DNA from: Lama guanicoe
Taxonomy: Eukaryota
Length of the DNA stretch: 64,000 nt
Assembly: GCA_013239625.1 (NCBI GenBank)
Contig: MU054338.1
Coordinates: forward strand, 808,001 to 872,000
Direction: 5' to 3'
The position numbers and the translations under genes were made by a program. Positions within the stretch are counted from its first letter, which is position 1. Each line of letters begins with the position of its first letter. The notes under the pieces were generated by a model. The model saw nothing but the letters and a program-made list of their open reading frames with translations, made no database searches and was not told where the DNA came from. Positions 53,162 through 64,000 of the stretch are shown one piece after another.

Positions 53162-56100
53162 TCAGACAGGGCAGTGCTGGGCGGTCAGGCGGACACGGCT
53201 ATCCTCGGCAGGGCTCCAGGGCCGGGCATAGCCGGCGTGGGGCAGCAGCAGCCGGTCCTGAGTGCCATCGGGGCTGATGAGGCGCCGGGCAGCCAGCAGG
53301 TACTCGCGATGGAGGGCCAACACTGGGCAGGGGCAGCGGCTCGGTGCCCACACGTACTCAAGAGCACGCAGCGGTGAGCGGTTCTTGTAGATGAGCTGCA
53401 CGTGCACCTCATAGCGGGTCTCCTGGGCCTGGCGGAGGCGGCCCCGCACTCGGGCCCGGAACACTGTGGGCAGGGCGGGTGCTAAGGCCGGCTGGATGCT
53501 CTGCCCTGGGCCCCATCCACACACCCACTGCCAGGCAAGGGAACTAGGGGTCAAGAGGGGCATCGGGGACCCTTGGGGTCTGTGGTAGCCAAGGCCTGGG
53601 GTTGGGGTCAGGGTCAGGTCAGGGATCAACGAGGGGTTAGGGGTCAGATTAGGGCAAAGGGTCAAATCAAGGAGTCAAATTAAGGTCAGAAGGAGTCAAG
53701 TTGGAGTCAGGTCACGGAGTCAAGGGTAAAATCAGACCAGGGTCAGAGGTTGGCAGGACAGGGATCAAGTTCGGGACAGTGAAGGGTCAGGTGAGGGCTG
53801 GGGTCAGGGGTGTCTTACCGAAGTCGCTGCCGCAATAGTGGAGCAGCCGGTGGGCACGCCCTCTGGTGTCAGGACAGGGTGGGCAGGGGTCTGTGGAGGC
53901 AGTGCCATCAGGGGCACAGGCCTCACCTCCCTGCTTGCTCCCACCCAGGCTGTCCCCTCACCTGATGTGGGGGTCGGGGTCTGATGGAGGATAACGGTGG
54001 GGGCTGCAGGAGGCTCAGGGGGCCGAGGTGCCACCTCCCGAGGCTGTGGCTGCCACAGGGGCCAGCCCAGGGCCCGTGCCTGCGCTTGGAAGGGGCTGTA
54101 GAGCTCCTGGGGGAGCCAGAACTCGAACTCAATGCCGGGGTTGGGCTCTTGCAGGAGGACCTGGGGAGGGGGTCACACACTAGGGAGCTGCAGCCAGGTA
54201 TGATGGCCCAGCCTTCCCGCTGACACTCTGACCCCTGCCTCCTCCCAGATCCTATAACCACCGCAGCGTGTCCAGCTGCCCCCTCAGAGGCCCGCCCGTA
54301 CCTGCAGGAGCAGGTCTTGGGAGGTGGGCCCGGCGGCGCTCAGCGTCTCCTCCCGCCCCGTGGCGCGGGTGTAAACCACGCGGGTGCCCGCCGCCTCGTA
54401 GGTCCCGGGCGGGCTCACCGCCCAGTTCCCGTTGAGCACGTAGCGCCCGTCGCCCCCCATCAGCGCTGCAAGGGAAGGGTGAGCCCGGGCTTCCCGGAAC
54501 AGGCCTGGCCCGCCTCCCTACCCTGGCGTCCCCCTCCCTAGGCCTCAGTCTCCCCGTTGGATCCGGGCGGCCAACAGGGCGCCTCCCTCCCGGACCCTGC
54601 GGTACCCAGGTGGTTGCGGCTCCGGTGGGCGGCGCGTATGTGTCTGGCGCCCTCAGGGATCAGGGTCACGTTCCAGTACCCAGCGAAAGCACCTGGGCGG
54701 GAGGGAAGAAAAGTGTTGGGAACAGGGTGGGGTTGGGGTGTATTTGAAGGACGATTTAAGGCTTAAGTGAAGTGCTGCGGTGCGGGGGTTAGCCAAGGCC
54801 CTGGTGCTCGGAAAACGCTTCCTAAAGCATCGGAGTTACGTTTACTGTCGCTTGAGTGCGGCAGCGAAAGAGTTAAGCCTCCATCTGTTCTGCGAAGGGC
54901 GGGACAATCTGGCGGTGGCCAATTATAATGACGAGTGGGGGGGCGGGCCGCAGACTGCCCGCTCAGCTCGGGACTTCGTTAAAGGGCCCGCTCAGGGACA
55001 GAGTGAGGAAGGGGTGGGCGGTCACCGGCGTCACGGAACACGCGCTGTACGAAGAGGCAGGAGTCGTTGGCGCCACCGCAGCGGCCGCAGCGGTCTTCGC
55101 GGGCGCCCGAGCCCAGCAAACCGTCACAGCCGGCGCTCTACAGGAGTGGGGAGGACACGCGCGCGGGGCCGCTGTGAGGGCGAGGGTGGAGGGGTGAGGG
55201 GGCTCATGGAAGAGGGCGGGACCGAGAACTGAAAGGGTGGGACTGGGGGCGGGCCCCCAGTGGGAGGAGGCTGGGGGTGGAGTCTAGTGATGATAGGTGG
55301 AGGCCGGGAGGGCGGGGCGTTGCTAAGGGGTGGGGCCAAGGGAAGAAGGCCATACCGGGAACTAAATGAATGGGACCTGGGGGCGAGGCCTGGAGGAAGG
55401 AGCCTAGGGTGAAATCTAGGGAAGGGCGGGGCCCTGATGGAGGTGGGCGGGGACGGGGCTGGGCCTGGAGTCCTTACCAGACAGCGGCCAGCCACACAGA
55501 GCCCTGGGGAGCCCTGGCTGCAGGGGGTACCGTCCAGTACTCGGCCAAAGCTGTGATAGAAGTCGTGCCCCTCTGCCAGGCAGTTGAGGTCACACTGGTT
55601 GGGTGCTGGGGGGCGGGAGGAGCCGGTGGGCCGGGGGACCGCTATCTGAGTTCCAGCCCCCTCCCTGCCAGTCTCCCGCAGGCAACAATCCCTTTGGGCA
55701 GATGACGCCCAGAGACAGACAAAGCCACACACAGAGGCTGAGGCAGAGCCAGGACTGGAACTTAGGCATTCTTCTTCCAGTTCCCCGGGACTCTCCCAGG
55801 CCAGTATTTAGGCCTGCACTCATTTGTTCATTCATTCATTCATGTTAAGTCCTAATATTAGGGGGTCCTTACATGTTTCCATTATTAACATCATCACCCA
55901 TCCTGCACTCATTCTTTCATTCTACAACACTTATTCCACAAACACTTGCTGAGAACTTAGGATTTTCCAGACAGTGTTCTAGGCTCTGGGGTATAGCAGT
56001 GGGCAGAACTCACTCAGTACTTTGGCCCTGCACCCAGCAGGTGACCCATAAAAAGTATTTGTCCAGTGCTGTCTGAGTCCCACATAGCCCGGGTGTGTTG

Positions 56101-58065
56101 CTGGCCCTGCCTGGGACTCAGTTTCCCTCTCTAACTTGCAGTGGACAGTCAGATCACACCCACAGAACACCAGCCCCGATCCCTGCTCCCTTCTGCTCTA
56201 GCTCTCTCTGGCTCCCACATCCCTGAGGCTGGCTGGCAGATCCTGCCTGGACTGGAGCCCGAGCTGGCCATGACAGGCCTCTGTGGGGGTGGGACCATGA
56301 CAAGTTCCCTCCAATTCTTGAGGCGAAGGAAAAATAAATAATCCATGAGGTGGAAAAAAAATCTATGATGGAACTTTCTTCATTCTAGGATTTTCTTATC
56401 TGTGTCTGCTCCCACCATGGCGTCTGAAACTGCCTATCTCCCTTAAATCTGGAGGTGGACTGCCCCGGGCACAAGTTATATAACTCACTATTTTCAGCTC
56501 AGTGTGGCACCATTTCCTGCTGCTAGGGTAAGTTTGAAAACTGTTGGCTTCTGGATACAGCTCCAAGTAAATCCTCACCCCGGTGTTCGACCCTGTGCAT
56601 AATAGACCCTGCCTCCCTGAGCCCCTGCTTCACATCTCACATGTGCTTTTCCCCACTGCTTCACCTCACCAACTCCTACATATCCTTCAAAGCCCCAGTG
56701 CTAATGCCCCCTTCTTGCAACCCTCCAAGTTCCCCTTCTTTCTTAGCAGCCACTTTTCCTTGCCAGCTCTCAACTAACTGGAAGGTAGGCTACTCACCTC
56801 CATAGAAGGGCACCCACAGGTAGGTCTTCTGAGTGCCCAGGACAGGGTGGCCATTGTAGAGGGCACACTGGAGGTCTCGGAAGGGCACAGCCCCTAGGGG
56901 ACAGTCCTGGGGACGGAGATGGATGGATCAGAGGCTGACATGGCCCTGGGGATACCCAGAAATTCTGGCATGGTGGCAAGCATACTTGGCAGCAAGGGTA
57001 GGGAGGCAGGAGGGCTTCAGGGAAGACTCAGTCTTGGAGGCGGGTAGAACTTACGGGCAACTGGCAGAGGCGGTACTCGTGAGTGTGCCCCCAGCATAGC
57101 TCTTCCCCGGGAAACCTACAAGGATCAGGGCTTCCAGACCCTGGTCAGGACCTCCAGGAACCCCTTCCCCAGAGCCAGCCTGCCCATCCATCCACCCCCG
57201 CCAACCCTACCCACATTCCAGCTGAATCAGCTGGATTAAAAGGAGTAGCATGTGTGGGCAGGCGGAGGGTGCGGCCAGGGGCTGGGCTGGGCTGGCAGGA
57301 GAGGAGGGGTAGGGACTCCCTCCCGTCCCACCCAACCCTCCGCACCGAATGCATCTCCGGCTGCGCACGGAGAGCCCTTGCCCACAAGAGCTGGAACAGC
57401 GGCTCCAGGAACCCCATGGAGTCCACTCGCCTGGACCCTACTTGGGGAGAGAGAGGCACAGTTAGCCTCGGAAGGGAAGCTAGTGACCCCCACAGCACCA
57501 GCCAATTCCCCATGTCCACTGCCCCTTGGATTCATGTCCCCCTTTACCTGAGCATTGTCCCCCAAACCACAGTTGAGAAGGGTCCACAGCAGGAGCAGGA
57601 GGCCCCGGAGGGGGTGGCGTCTGGGGGAGCAGAGAGGGCGCTGCAGTGGGGGTGCCAGCTGGCCAGGGTTTCAACCCCAGCTCTGCCCTGACTTAGCTAT
57701 GTGATTTTGGACAGTAGCTCAACCTCTCTGAGACTCCCTTCTCATCTCTGAGACATGAAGTGATAATAGAGCCCCCCACGGGAAGGGTTTGAGAGGCCTG
57801 TCAGGCTAGGTGAGGAAAATGGGAGTTGCAGAGCCTGCTATGGAGAGAGAGAGCTCAAAATTATTGCTATTGGTGGTTTATTGTCTTATGATGCACACAG
57901 GAGGTGCTTATTCACTGTCTTCAGGAGAAAGGAATCATCCCAGGACAATGCAGGAGTGTCTCCAGGGCCCCAGGGCTGTCCCCACTCTCCCCACCATCAT
58001 CGCTCCTACCTTCCTGTGTGGCCAGGGGCCAGCTGCTCTGCTTCCCCGGGCCTCAGTTTCCCCAT
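53162..58065 (-). CDS. ADAMTSL5: ADAMTS-like protein 5 (THSD6), 12 coding exons, ~484 aa
   Basis: Exons (minus): 58065-58010, 57620-57548, 57437-57346, 57115-57055, 56906-56798, 55605-55478, 55137-55026, 54692-54606, 54465-54302, 54160-53962, 53890-53819, 53463-53162 (1455 nt). Shows a signal peptide (LLLLLWTLLNCGLG), TSR (WTPWGSWSRCSSSCGQG), Cys-rich module, spacer (YWNVTLIPEGARHI) and C-terminal NTR domain. The first coding exon is less certain than the rest. Confidence 0.93.
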
Positions 58066-58075
58066 CTGTGCAGTG
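58010..58075 (-). mobile_element. MIR core fragment exonized as the ADAMTSL5 start exon
   Basis: Minus strand CACAGATGGGGAAACTGAGGCCC...GGCCACACAG matches the MIR core ACAGATGAGGAAACTGAGGC...GGTCACACAG. Confidence 0.7.
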
Positions 58076-59149
58076 GGAACCAGCTGGGCTCAGTCCAGGA
58101 TTCTATGAGAACTTGCAGAGGGTGTGGCCAGTGGGAGCTGGAGCTGGTGTCTGGCACAGGACCCCCCGGTGGCCCCCAGCCTCCAGGGCCCCCTCAGCTC
58201 CCAGACTCACAGCAGCAGGGAGCTCCGGGGTTGGGGGAGGGGCAGGGAGGGGTGACCTGGCCCTGGTCCAGTCTGTGCCTCATGGCCTCTTGCAGAGGGT
58301 GTGGGACGGAGCCCCAGGGCAACCTGCAGAGGGAAAAGCGCCACCAGTGAGAATGAGGCAGGAAAGAGGAAGACGGCTGTGTGGGTGTGGGGGGGTGGCT
58401 GGGAGACTTTGCCTCCCTGGGCCTCAGTTTCCCCATCTGTCAGGGGAGGAATGAAGTCAGTTGTCATCCCCATGTGACCATGGCATGGGTGGCGAAAGGG
58501 GGAGGGAAGCAGCTGCCTCGTGAGTCCTCTCTAGGGCCAGGGTCAGGGAGTCCAGCGGTCAGCAGAACCCAAAGGACACACAGGACACGCTGGAGTCCTC
58601 CAGACCTCGAGGTCCTGGGCACCGGATGTGGAAAGGTCAAGTCCCACGAGACCTTCTGGAACCCGTTTCCCTGGTTATCAGGCTCTCCTGGCTCTGGCAT
58701 TTGAACCTGGGGCACCAAAGGTCTGGGGCCAAGGTGGCTCCAGGTGCTGAGAACCTGGAGGACCGCGGGGCAGGCCCCCCTCTCTGACCACAGCCCGGCA
58801 GCCAGCTGCACTTCTGAACCCCAGCCTTGGCTGGCCCAGGAAACAGAAAGCAGTCTGGGCTGGAAGGTGGACATAAGGGGAGGGGGATTGTACATCTGAC
58901 AGCCGCTCCCCACTGAGCACTGACTGGTGGAGTGGAGGTCTAGGTGATGAAACATGCCAGGTGAGGCGGACCACCCTTCTCATGCTCCAGAGCCCCCTGC
59001 CCGAGTAGCAGGACACACGCCCTGTTTTGGCCTCACTCCTGAACGTCAGTGAGATCTCAGGACAAGCCACTCTTCTGGGCCTCAGTTTCCCCAGGAGGAA
59101 ATGGGGATGAACTTTCTCCCAGCCTGGGAGTTGCTTCCTCTCCACCGCC

Positions 59150-60000
59150 CAGACTAGGGAGCGGGAGGAGACGCCGGCCGGCATAGTGGGGGGATAGGAA
59201 GAGGGACTTACCCAATACGTAGAGCCCAGGCGACGCGTCCTATTTCCCCGGGCCGCCCCTGGGCTAGCGGAAGCGGCGGGGCCGGCGAGGAGGGGCGAGG
59301 GGAGCCCGGGGCGGCCCCTCCCACCCCGCCTCCCAGGGAGCGCCCGGGTCGGGGTCTGGAGGGCCGGCGGCCCCGTGCGCCCCCGCGCGGCCGTCCCGCG
59401 CCTGGACGCCGACCTGCGGCAGGGGACTGCCCCGCAAGTGCCCCGGCCCCCCAGAACTGCGGCCTGGTGTCCGCGCGTCCCTGTCCCGGTGCCCTTGGGA
59501 GGCCCAGGGCGGGGGAGCCACGTGGGGACCCACCGCCTTTACCCCCACCTCGGGGCTGCTATTCCGGGCGCCGCGGTCAGGGCCAGGGAATGTGCGCGAA
59601 CCGAGGTCGCCCTGCTCTGGCTCCGGGCGGGCGCTGCCCTCTTTCCACCGACGCCCAGATCGCGTCCCCACGAAGGTCCCCTTTCCCAGCCACTACCCCT
59701 CCCTTTTCCCTCTCCCCACCCCTCCCTCAAGGTCACGTTACTCAGGAACCCACGCGCCTGGGTTCCGATCCTGGGGCTTCCACCACCCCCAGCGCAGGGC
59801 CCCAGAGTTCTGGGGAGAAGCTCAGCCCCAGGGGCCAGGCGTGAGGGGTGGGGAGCCCCCTCCCAGCCCGGCGCATTCCCGGGCGCTGCTGTCACCAGAG
59901 GACGCGCCCTACCCAACCTCCCGCTCTCCCCGCCGGCCCCGTGCTGCAGGGAGCGACTTCGAACTAGACCCGGGTCCAGAAGGTCCTCGTGCCACGTGAC
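59150..60000 (-). promoter_or_regulatory. ADAMTSL5: ADAMTSL5 CpG-island promoter; probable non-coding first exon ending at 59212
   Basis: CpG island; consensus donor TGG|GTAAGT on the minus strand at 59211. Confidence 0.65.
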
Positions 60001-61719
60001 TGTGGCCTCACCCTCCCCGACCTCAGGTTTCCCATCCAGGCAATGGGGCCAGCGGGGGTCTCCACCCCGATGACACCTCCAGGTGGATCTCAGCTCTTGG
60101 CGCGGACCAGCAAGGACAGGGTTACTTCAGGGCTCCCACTACCCCCCTTTCCTGGTTTTGCATCTGCGCGCCACCTCCCCCCGCCCACGCAGGGACTCAG
60201 CCAGCGCCCGCCCTCTTCTCGCCCTCTCCCCCAGCTCCTCCCTGTTGCCCCGTGATGCTCGGTGGTGAGCAGGTTGAGGACAAGGAGGCATCAAGAGGGT
60301 GATGGTTGGACTGCCCTTCTGCTCCCTGGGCTCAGCCGGGGCTCAGCTTGAGTGCCCCCTCCTCCGGGAAGCCTACAGTGAGGTCTCCAGTCCCTGACAA
60401 CAGGGAGGGGGTGTTGCCTGTCCACTTTTGTCTGGCCTCCAGCCTAGAGCAGCTCAGAGCAGGGCCACTCAATGCCATTCATTCATTCAGCACTTACTGA
60501 GCACTTACTGTGTACCACAGCTGTGAACCCAGCCAATCAGGCTTGTGAGTGAGGCAGCCCCCGGGAGCGTATAATCCTACCTTCTGACCAGGATGCTCTG
60601 AAGAAAAAGCCCAGACCCACTGCAGATAGGGTAGGGGATCAGGAAGGCCCTCACCGAGGAGATGATTGACACAAGGAGGTGGGGGAAGGGCAGCCCAGGC
60701 AGAGGGAACAGCATGTGCAAAGGCCCTGAGGCTGGAATAAGAAAATAGAGACAGGAGGTTGGGGTGGGTGGAGATGAGGTCAGAAAGGGGTGGGGGATGG
60801 GAGAGGGTGCTCTAGTTTTGGGAAAGCTGACCCTGGCTGCTGTGGGGGCAAGAGTGGGGACCCAGAAAGCAGTGAGGTGTGTTGGTGGCAGGGGCAGTGC
60901 AGGTCATGTGGGTGGGGGTGAGAGCAGTGGGTGGCTCCCAGCTGTTGAGGAGTGGAGTGGAGTCTGCAGGCCTTGCTGACAGATCCCAGGGGGTAGGAGT
61001 TGGGAGGAGGCAGGCAGGGGCTTGGCCTGAGTATCCTGGGAGGGGAGGTGCCCCATTCACTGAGGGGAGCAAGTGGGGGCCTGGTGGAGGGAGGACAAGT
61101 CCCGAGGTCACTTCTGGATGGGTCTAGGATGAGGTAAGAAGAGGCTTGGAGCCCAGGGGCCATGTCTGGCTGGAGATGGACAAATGGGTGTCCTCTGCAC
61201 ACAGGGGTGTTTAGCATCGTAGATGAGGCCACAGGGTGTGAGTGTGGACAGAACAGAGATTGGGGCCTGAGTACCAGACGTCGGGGCGGGGAGCAGAATG
61301 GGTGGGCGTGGGGTCCCGGGAGGTCAGTCACAGGAGGATGGGCTTCTGGGAGGAGAAAGGGCAGCCTGGGTGGGGAAAATGAGGCTGGAGAATGGACCAG
61401 GGCCCGAATATCAGAATCAATGGAGGTAGTGACCTGACAAGGTTAAGCCCGGTGGGACTGTGCTGGAGAGAGGACGCAGGATAGGCAGTGGGGACGGTGT
61501 GGGCAGGCGGCCTCGGCGGAGCACCTACTGTGTGCTGAGTTCTGGACTAGGGCCTGAGTGGCATCTGGAATAAATCAGGCTTGGCCAGGAGCTCCACCAA
61601 GCGGACAGACACATCCACCTCAGATGTGCCTCACTCCCCAAGCCCCAGCCCTCAGGGCTATGCAGGGTGTGCAGACAGCGACATCTGTCCTGTGTGGAGC
61701 AGGCCCAGCAGGCATGCCG

Positions 61720-62040
61720 CTCCGCAGGGATGAATGCAGCAGGGACTGCATCTACAAAGATGCATACAGCAGACACTGCCCTGCAGAAAGTGTATACAGC
61801 AGGTACTGCATCCTGCAAGGAATGCATAAAGTAGATGCCGACCCTCCCACGGAGTGCATACAACAGTCAATGTAGCCTGTAGAAAGTGTGTACAGAAGTC
61901 ATGGCACTCTGCGAGGACGGTATACAGTAGGCACTGTGTCCTGCGGGAAGTGCACACAGCCCGCACCATGCTCTACAGGGAGTTCCTACAGCAGGCAATG
62001 CACTCTGCAGGGAGTGCACACAGCAGGCACCGTGCCCTGC
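61720..62040. repeat. Degenerate 32-bp minisatellite (~10 units)
   Basis: Units such as CTGCAGAAAGTGTATACAGCAGGTACTGCATC and CTGCAGGGAGTGCACACAGCAGGCACCGTGCC recur with a 32-nt period. Confidence 0.8.
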
Positions 62041-63564
62041 GTGGGGCCCCTAGTGCTTGTGGGATGGCCAGCTGGGGTCGGGGTGAAGGTGTAGTGCACC
62101 GTCCCAGTCCATGCCCTGTCCCCAGCCTTTGTTTCCCCTCAGGTCCCCAGACTCCCACCTCCACCCAGGACGTAACTCAGCTGAACTCATCTGATTCCCA
62201 GAGGAGGAGGCCGAGAGCTCAGCTCAAAACACCTGGTGCAGGCAGAGGGGTAGTTGTGAGGTTTGGGAGCTCCAGGTGCCAGGACACAGACACAGTGGTT
62301 GACGGTGTCCCCCTGTGCTGAGTTCCCGCCTGGACCCCATCCCTGAGGCCAGGCCAAGTGGAGGCAGGTCCTGGCTGATGTGGGTCATCCGGGCTTCTGC
62401 TTGCTCTGTGGTCTCACAGCATTGAGCCTCCCCGTGCCCAGCCTCCTCACCGTGGCCTCCCTTGATCCCTTGGGCCTGGCCATGTGGTCCACAGGCCACT
62501 CCAGCCTCCTGCATAGACTGGGTGGGAGGGATCTGGCCACCCCAACCCAGAATCTGGGGTCTCTGGAGCTGCCCAGCTGCCCTTGGGCAGGAGGGTGAAT
62601 GGAGTAGGATCGGGGGCCCTCCACGGCGGGGGTCACCCATGGGAGCTGGGATGGTAGTGCCTTCTCTGCCCCAGGGAGATGCCAATGGAGGGAGAAAGTG
62701 GAAAGGGCCAAAACTGGTTGTTTGAGTCCCTGGATTGAACCAAACCTGAAGCCACTCACCCGTTATTTTTCATTTTGGCAGTTCTGGATTTCTGTGACTT
62801 CTAATCAAGAGGTCCCCGCACCCTTTCCACCCCCCTCACCCCCAGCAGGGCCTGTGGCTTATGCCGCCGATTCGGTGACGGGGGGCTTCATCTTGCCGGT
62901 TCGTCCCTGTCTTGGGGGACTCCCAGCTGCCCCCGTGAGAGGAATCCTCACCCCTGCCTTACGGGCTGGGACGCTGGGGTGTAGAGGAGCAGAGTCACAC
63001 GCAGAGAGACTTGGAGGTCTCACCCACATCTGAGTGGGTGTCCTGAGCTCCTCTGGGGGCAGGGCGGCAGGGGGACTTGCCTGAGGTGGGGATGTTGGGG
63101 GCAGGACCTGGACGATGAGGGGGAACTGGACGCAAGAGGGTGTGAGGGAGAAGGTGTCCCCGGCAGATAGAACAGCATGTGCAAAGGCCAGGTGGCTGGA
63201 CGAGCAGGGTGAGAACCAGGCCCAGCGAGGAGGTCTGTATAGCCATAGCGGACTGAAGAGGACATTGGCTTTCAGGCTGGAGGGGGCAGAGGCCTCACAG
63301 GGCCTGGGGGCCAGGAGTGTGGGACAGTTACTCAAAAATGGCAAGAAATCTAAGGAACGCTGTTAGGTGAAAAAGTCAGAAAAGTTCCCCGTGACCTGAT
63401 GCCATTTACATAAAAGGCAAAGAATCTACGTTCCGGTAAACATCAACTCAGGCAGGAAGCTGACAGGAATAAACCCCTGCGGCCACCCACGATGACCTTG
63501 GGGTAGTGGCTAGGGGTGATTTTGAGTTACTGCCTTTTAGGGTTTATTTTAACGTCTTGTCATC

Positions 63565-63662
63565 TTTCTTTTTTTTCCTTTTTTTTTTCAACGGAGGGCC
63601 TGGGGATTGAACCAAGGAACCTGTGCACGCTAGTCATGTGCTCTACCACTGAGCTACACCCT
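63565..63662 (-). mobile_element. Camelid tRNA-derived SINE (Vic-1-like)
   Basis: Poly-T, then GGGGATTGAACCAAGG...CATGTGCTCTACCACTGAGCTACACCC. Confidence 0.8.
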
Positions 63663-63777
63663 TTTGTCCTTAATTCTTTTTTTCCTTGAAAGATAATTTT
63701 TATTTTAGAATAATTTTAGATTTACAGAAAGTTGCAAAGATATCAGAGACTTTCTGCCTACCCTTTGTCATTAGTCG

Positions 63778-64000
63778 TATAATGTCCCCGCCCCCTCGCC
63801 CCCTAGGATGTCTATGTCCTGGTCTCTGGACCTGAGGACATGTCACCTCATGGGGCAGAGGCGACTTTGCAGGTAGGTTTAAGGCCCCTGGGATGGGGGT
63901 GACCCTGGATTCCTGGGGGATCCCATGCCATCACAGGGTCCTCATCAGAGGGAGGCGGGAGGTCAGAGTCAGAGAGAAACGGGAGATGCTGCGCTGTTGG
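63778..64000 (+). mobile_element. MLT1-like LTR (runs off the window end)
   Basis: ATGTCACCTCATGG..AGAGGCGACTTTGCAGGT...ATCACAGGGTCCTCATCAGAGGGAGGC.GGAGGTCAGAGTCAGAGA motifs. Confidence 0.65.

Noticed and set aside
59212..59245. Possible coding start in ADAMTSL5 exon 1 (ATAGGACGCG...)
   Set aside because: No ATG in the frame needed to join the signal-peptide exon; treated as non-coding.
60000..64000. Exons of the expected neighbouring genes (PLK5 here, RPS15 at the window start)
   Set aside because: No kinase or ribosomal-protein coding sequence recognised; these genes probably lie outside the window.

Overview
GC-rich mammalian genomic DNA, most likely camelid, based on three Vic-1-type tRNA-derived SINEs. 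It is syntenic with human 19p13.3 and contains five complete intron-containing genes: APC2 (+), C19orf25 ortholog (-), PCSK4 (-), REEP6 (+) and ADAMTSL5 (-). All exons were reconstructed by hand with GT-AG boundaries and continuous reading frames. The window also holds L1, L2, MIR, MLT1, MER58 and MER53 repeats. The most notable observations are: (1) a hidden ~312-codon S/T/P/Q-rich ORF filling the REEP6 '3' UTR', reachable in frame from an upstream splice acceptor; (2) an upstream APC2 exon that would add an in-frame hydrophobic N-terminus (MGLLGLLSLLHSAFFGDQ); (3) an ADAMTSL5 start codon that lies in an exonized MIR; (4) a 9-bp element that could serve as poly(A) signal for both convergent genes APC2 and C19orf25; (5) an apparent 1-nt loss in the retina-type REEP6 exon with a rescuing donor 4 nt downstream; (6) a 115-bp inverted repeat bracketing a CTCF motif; (7) a MER53-derived hairpin array split by an L1. 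Comparisons with human proteins and repeat consensi are from memory, not from database searches. Most entries in the supplied ORF track are spurious GC-rich ORFs.
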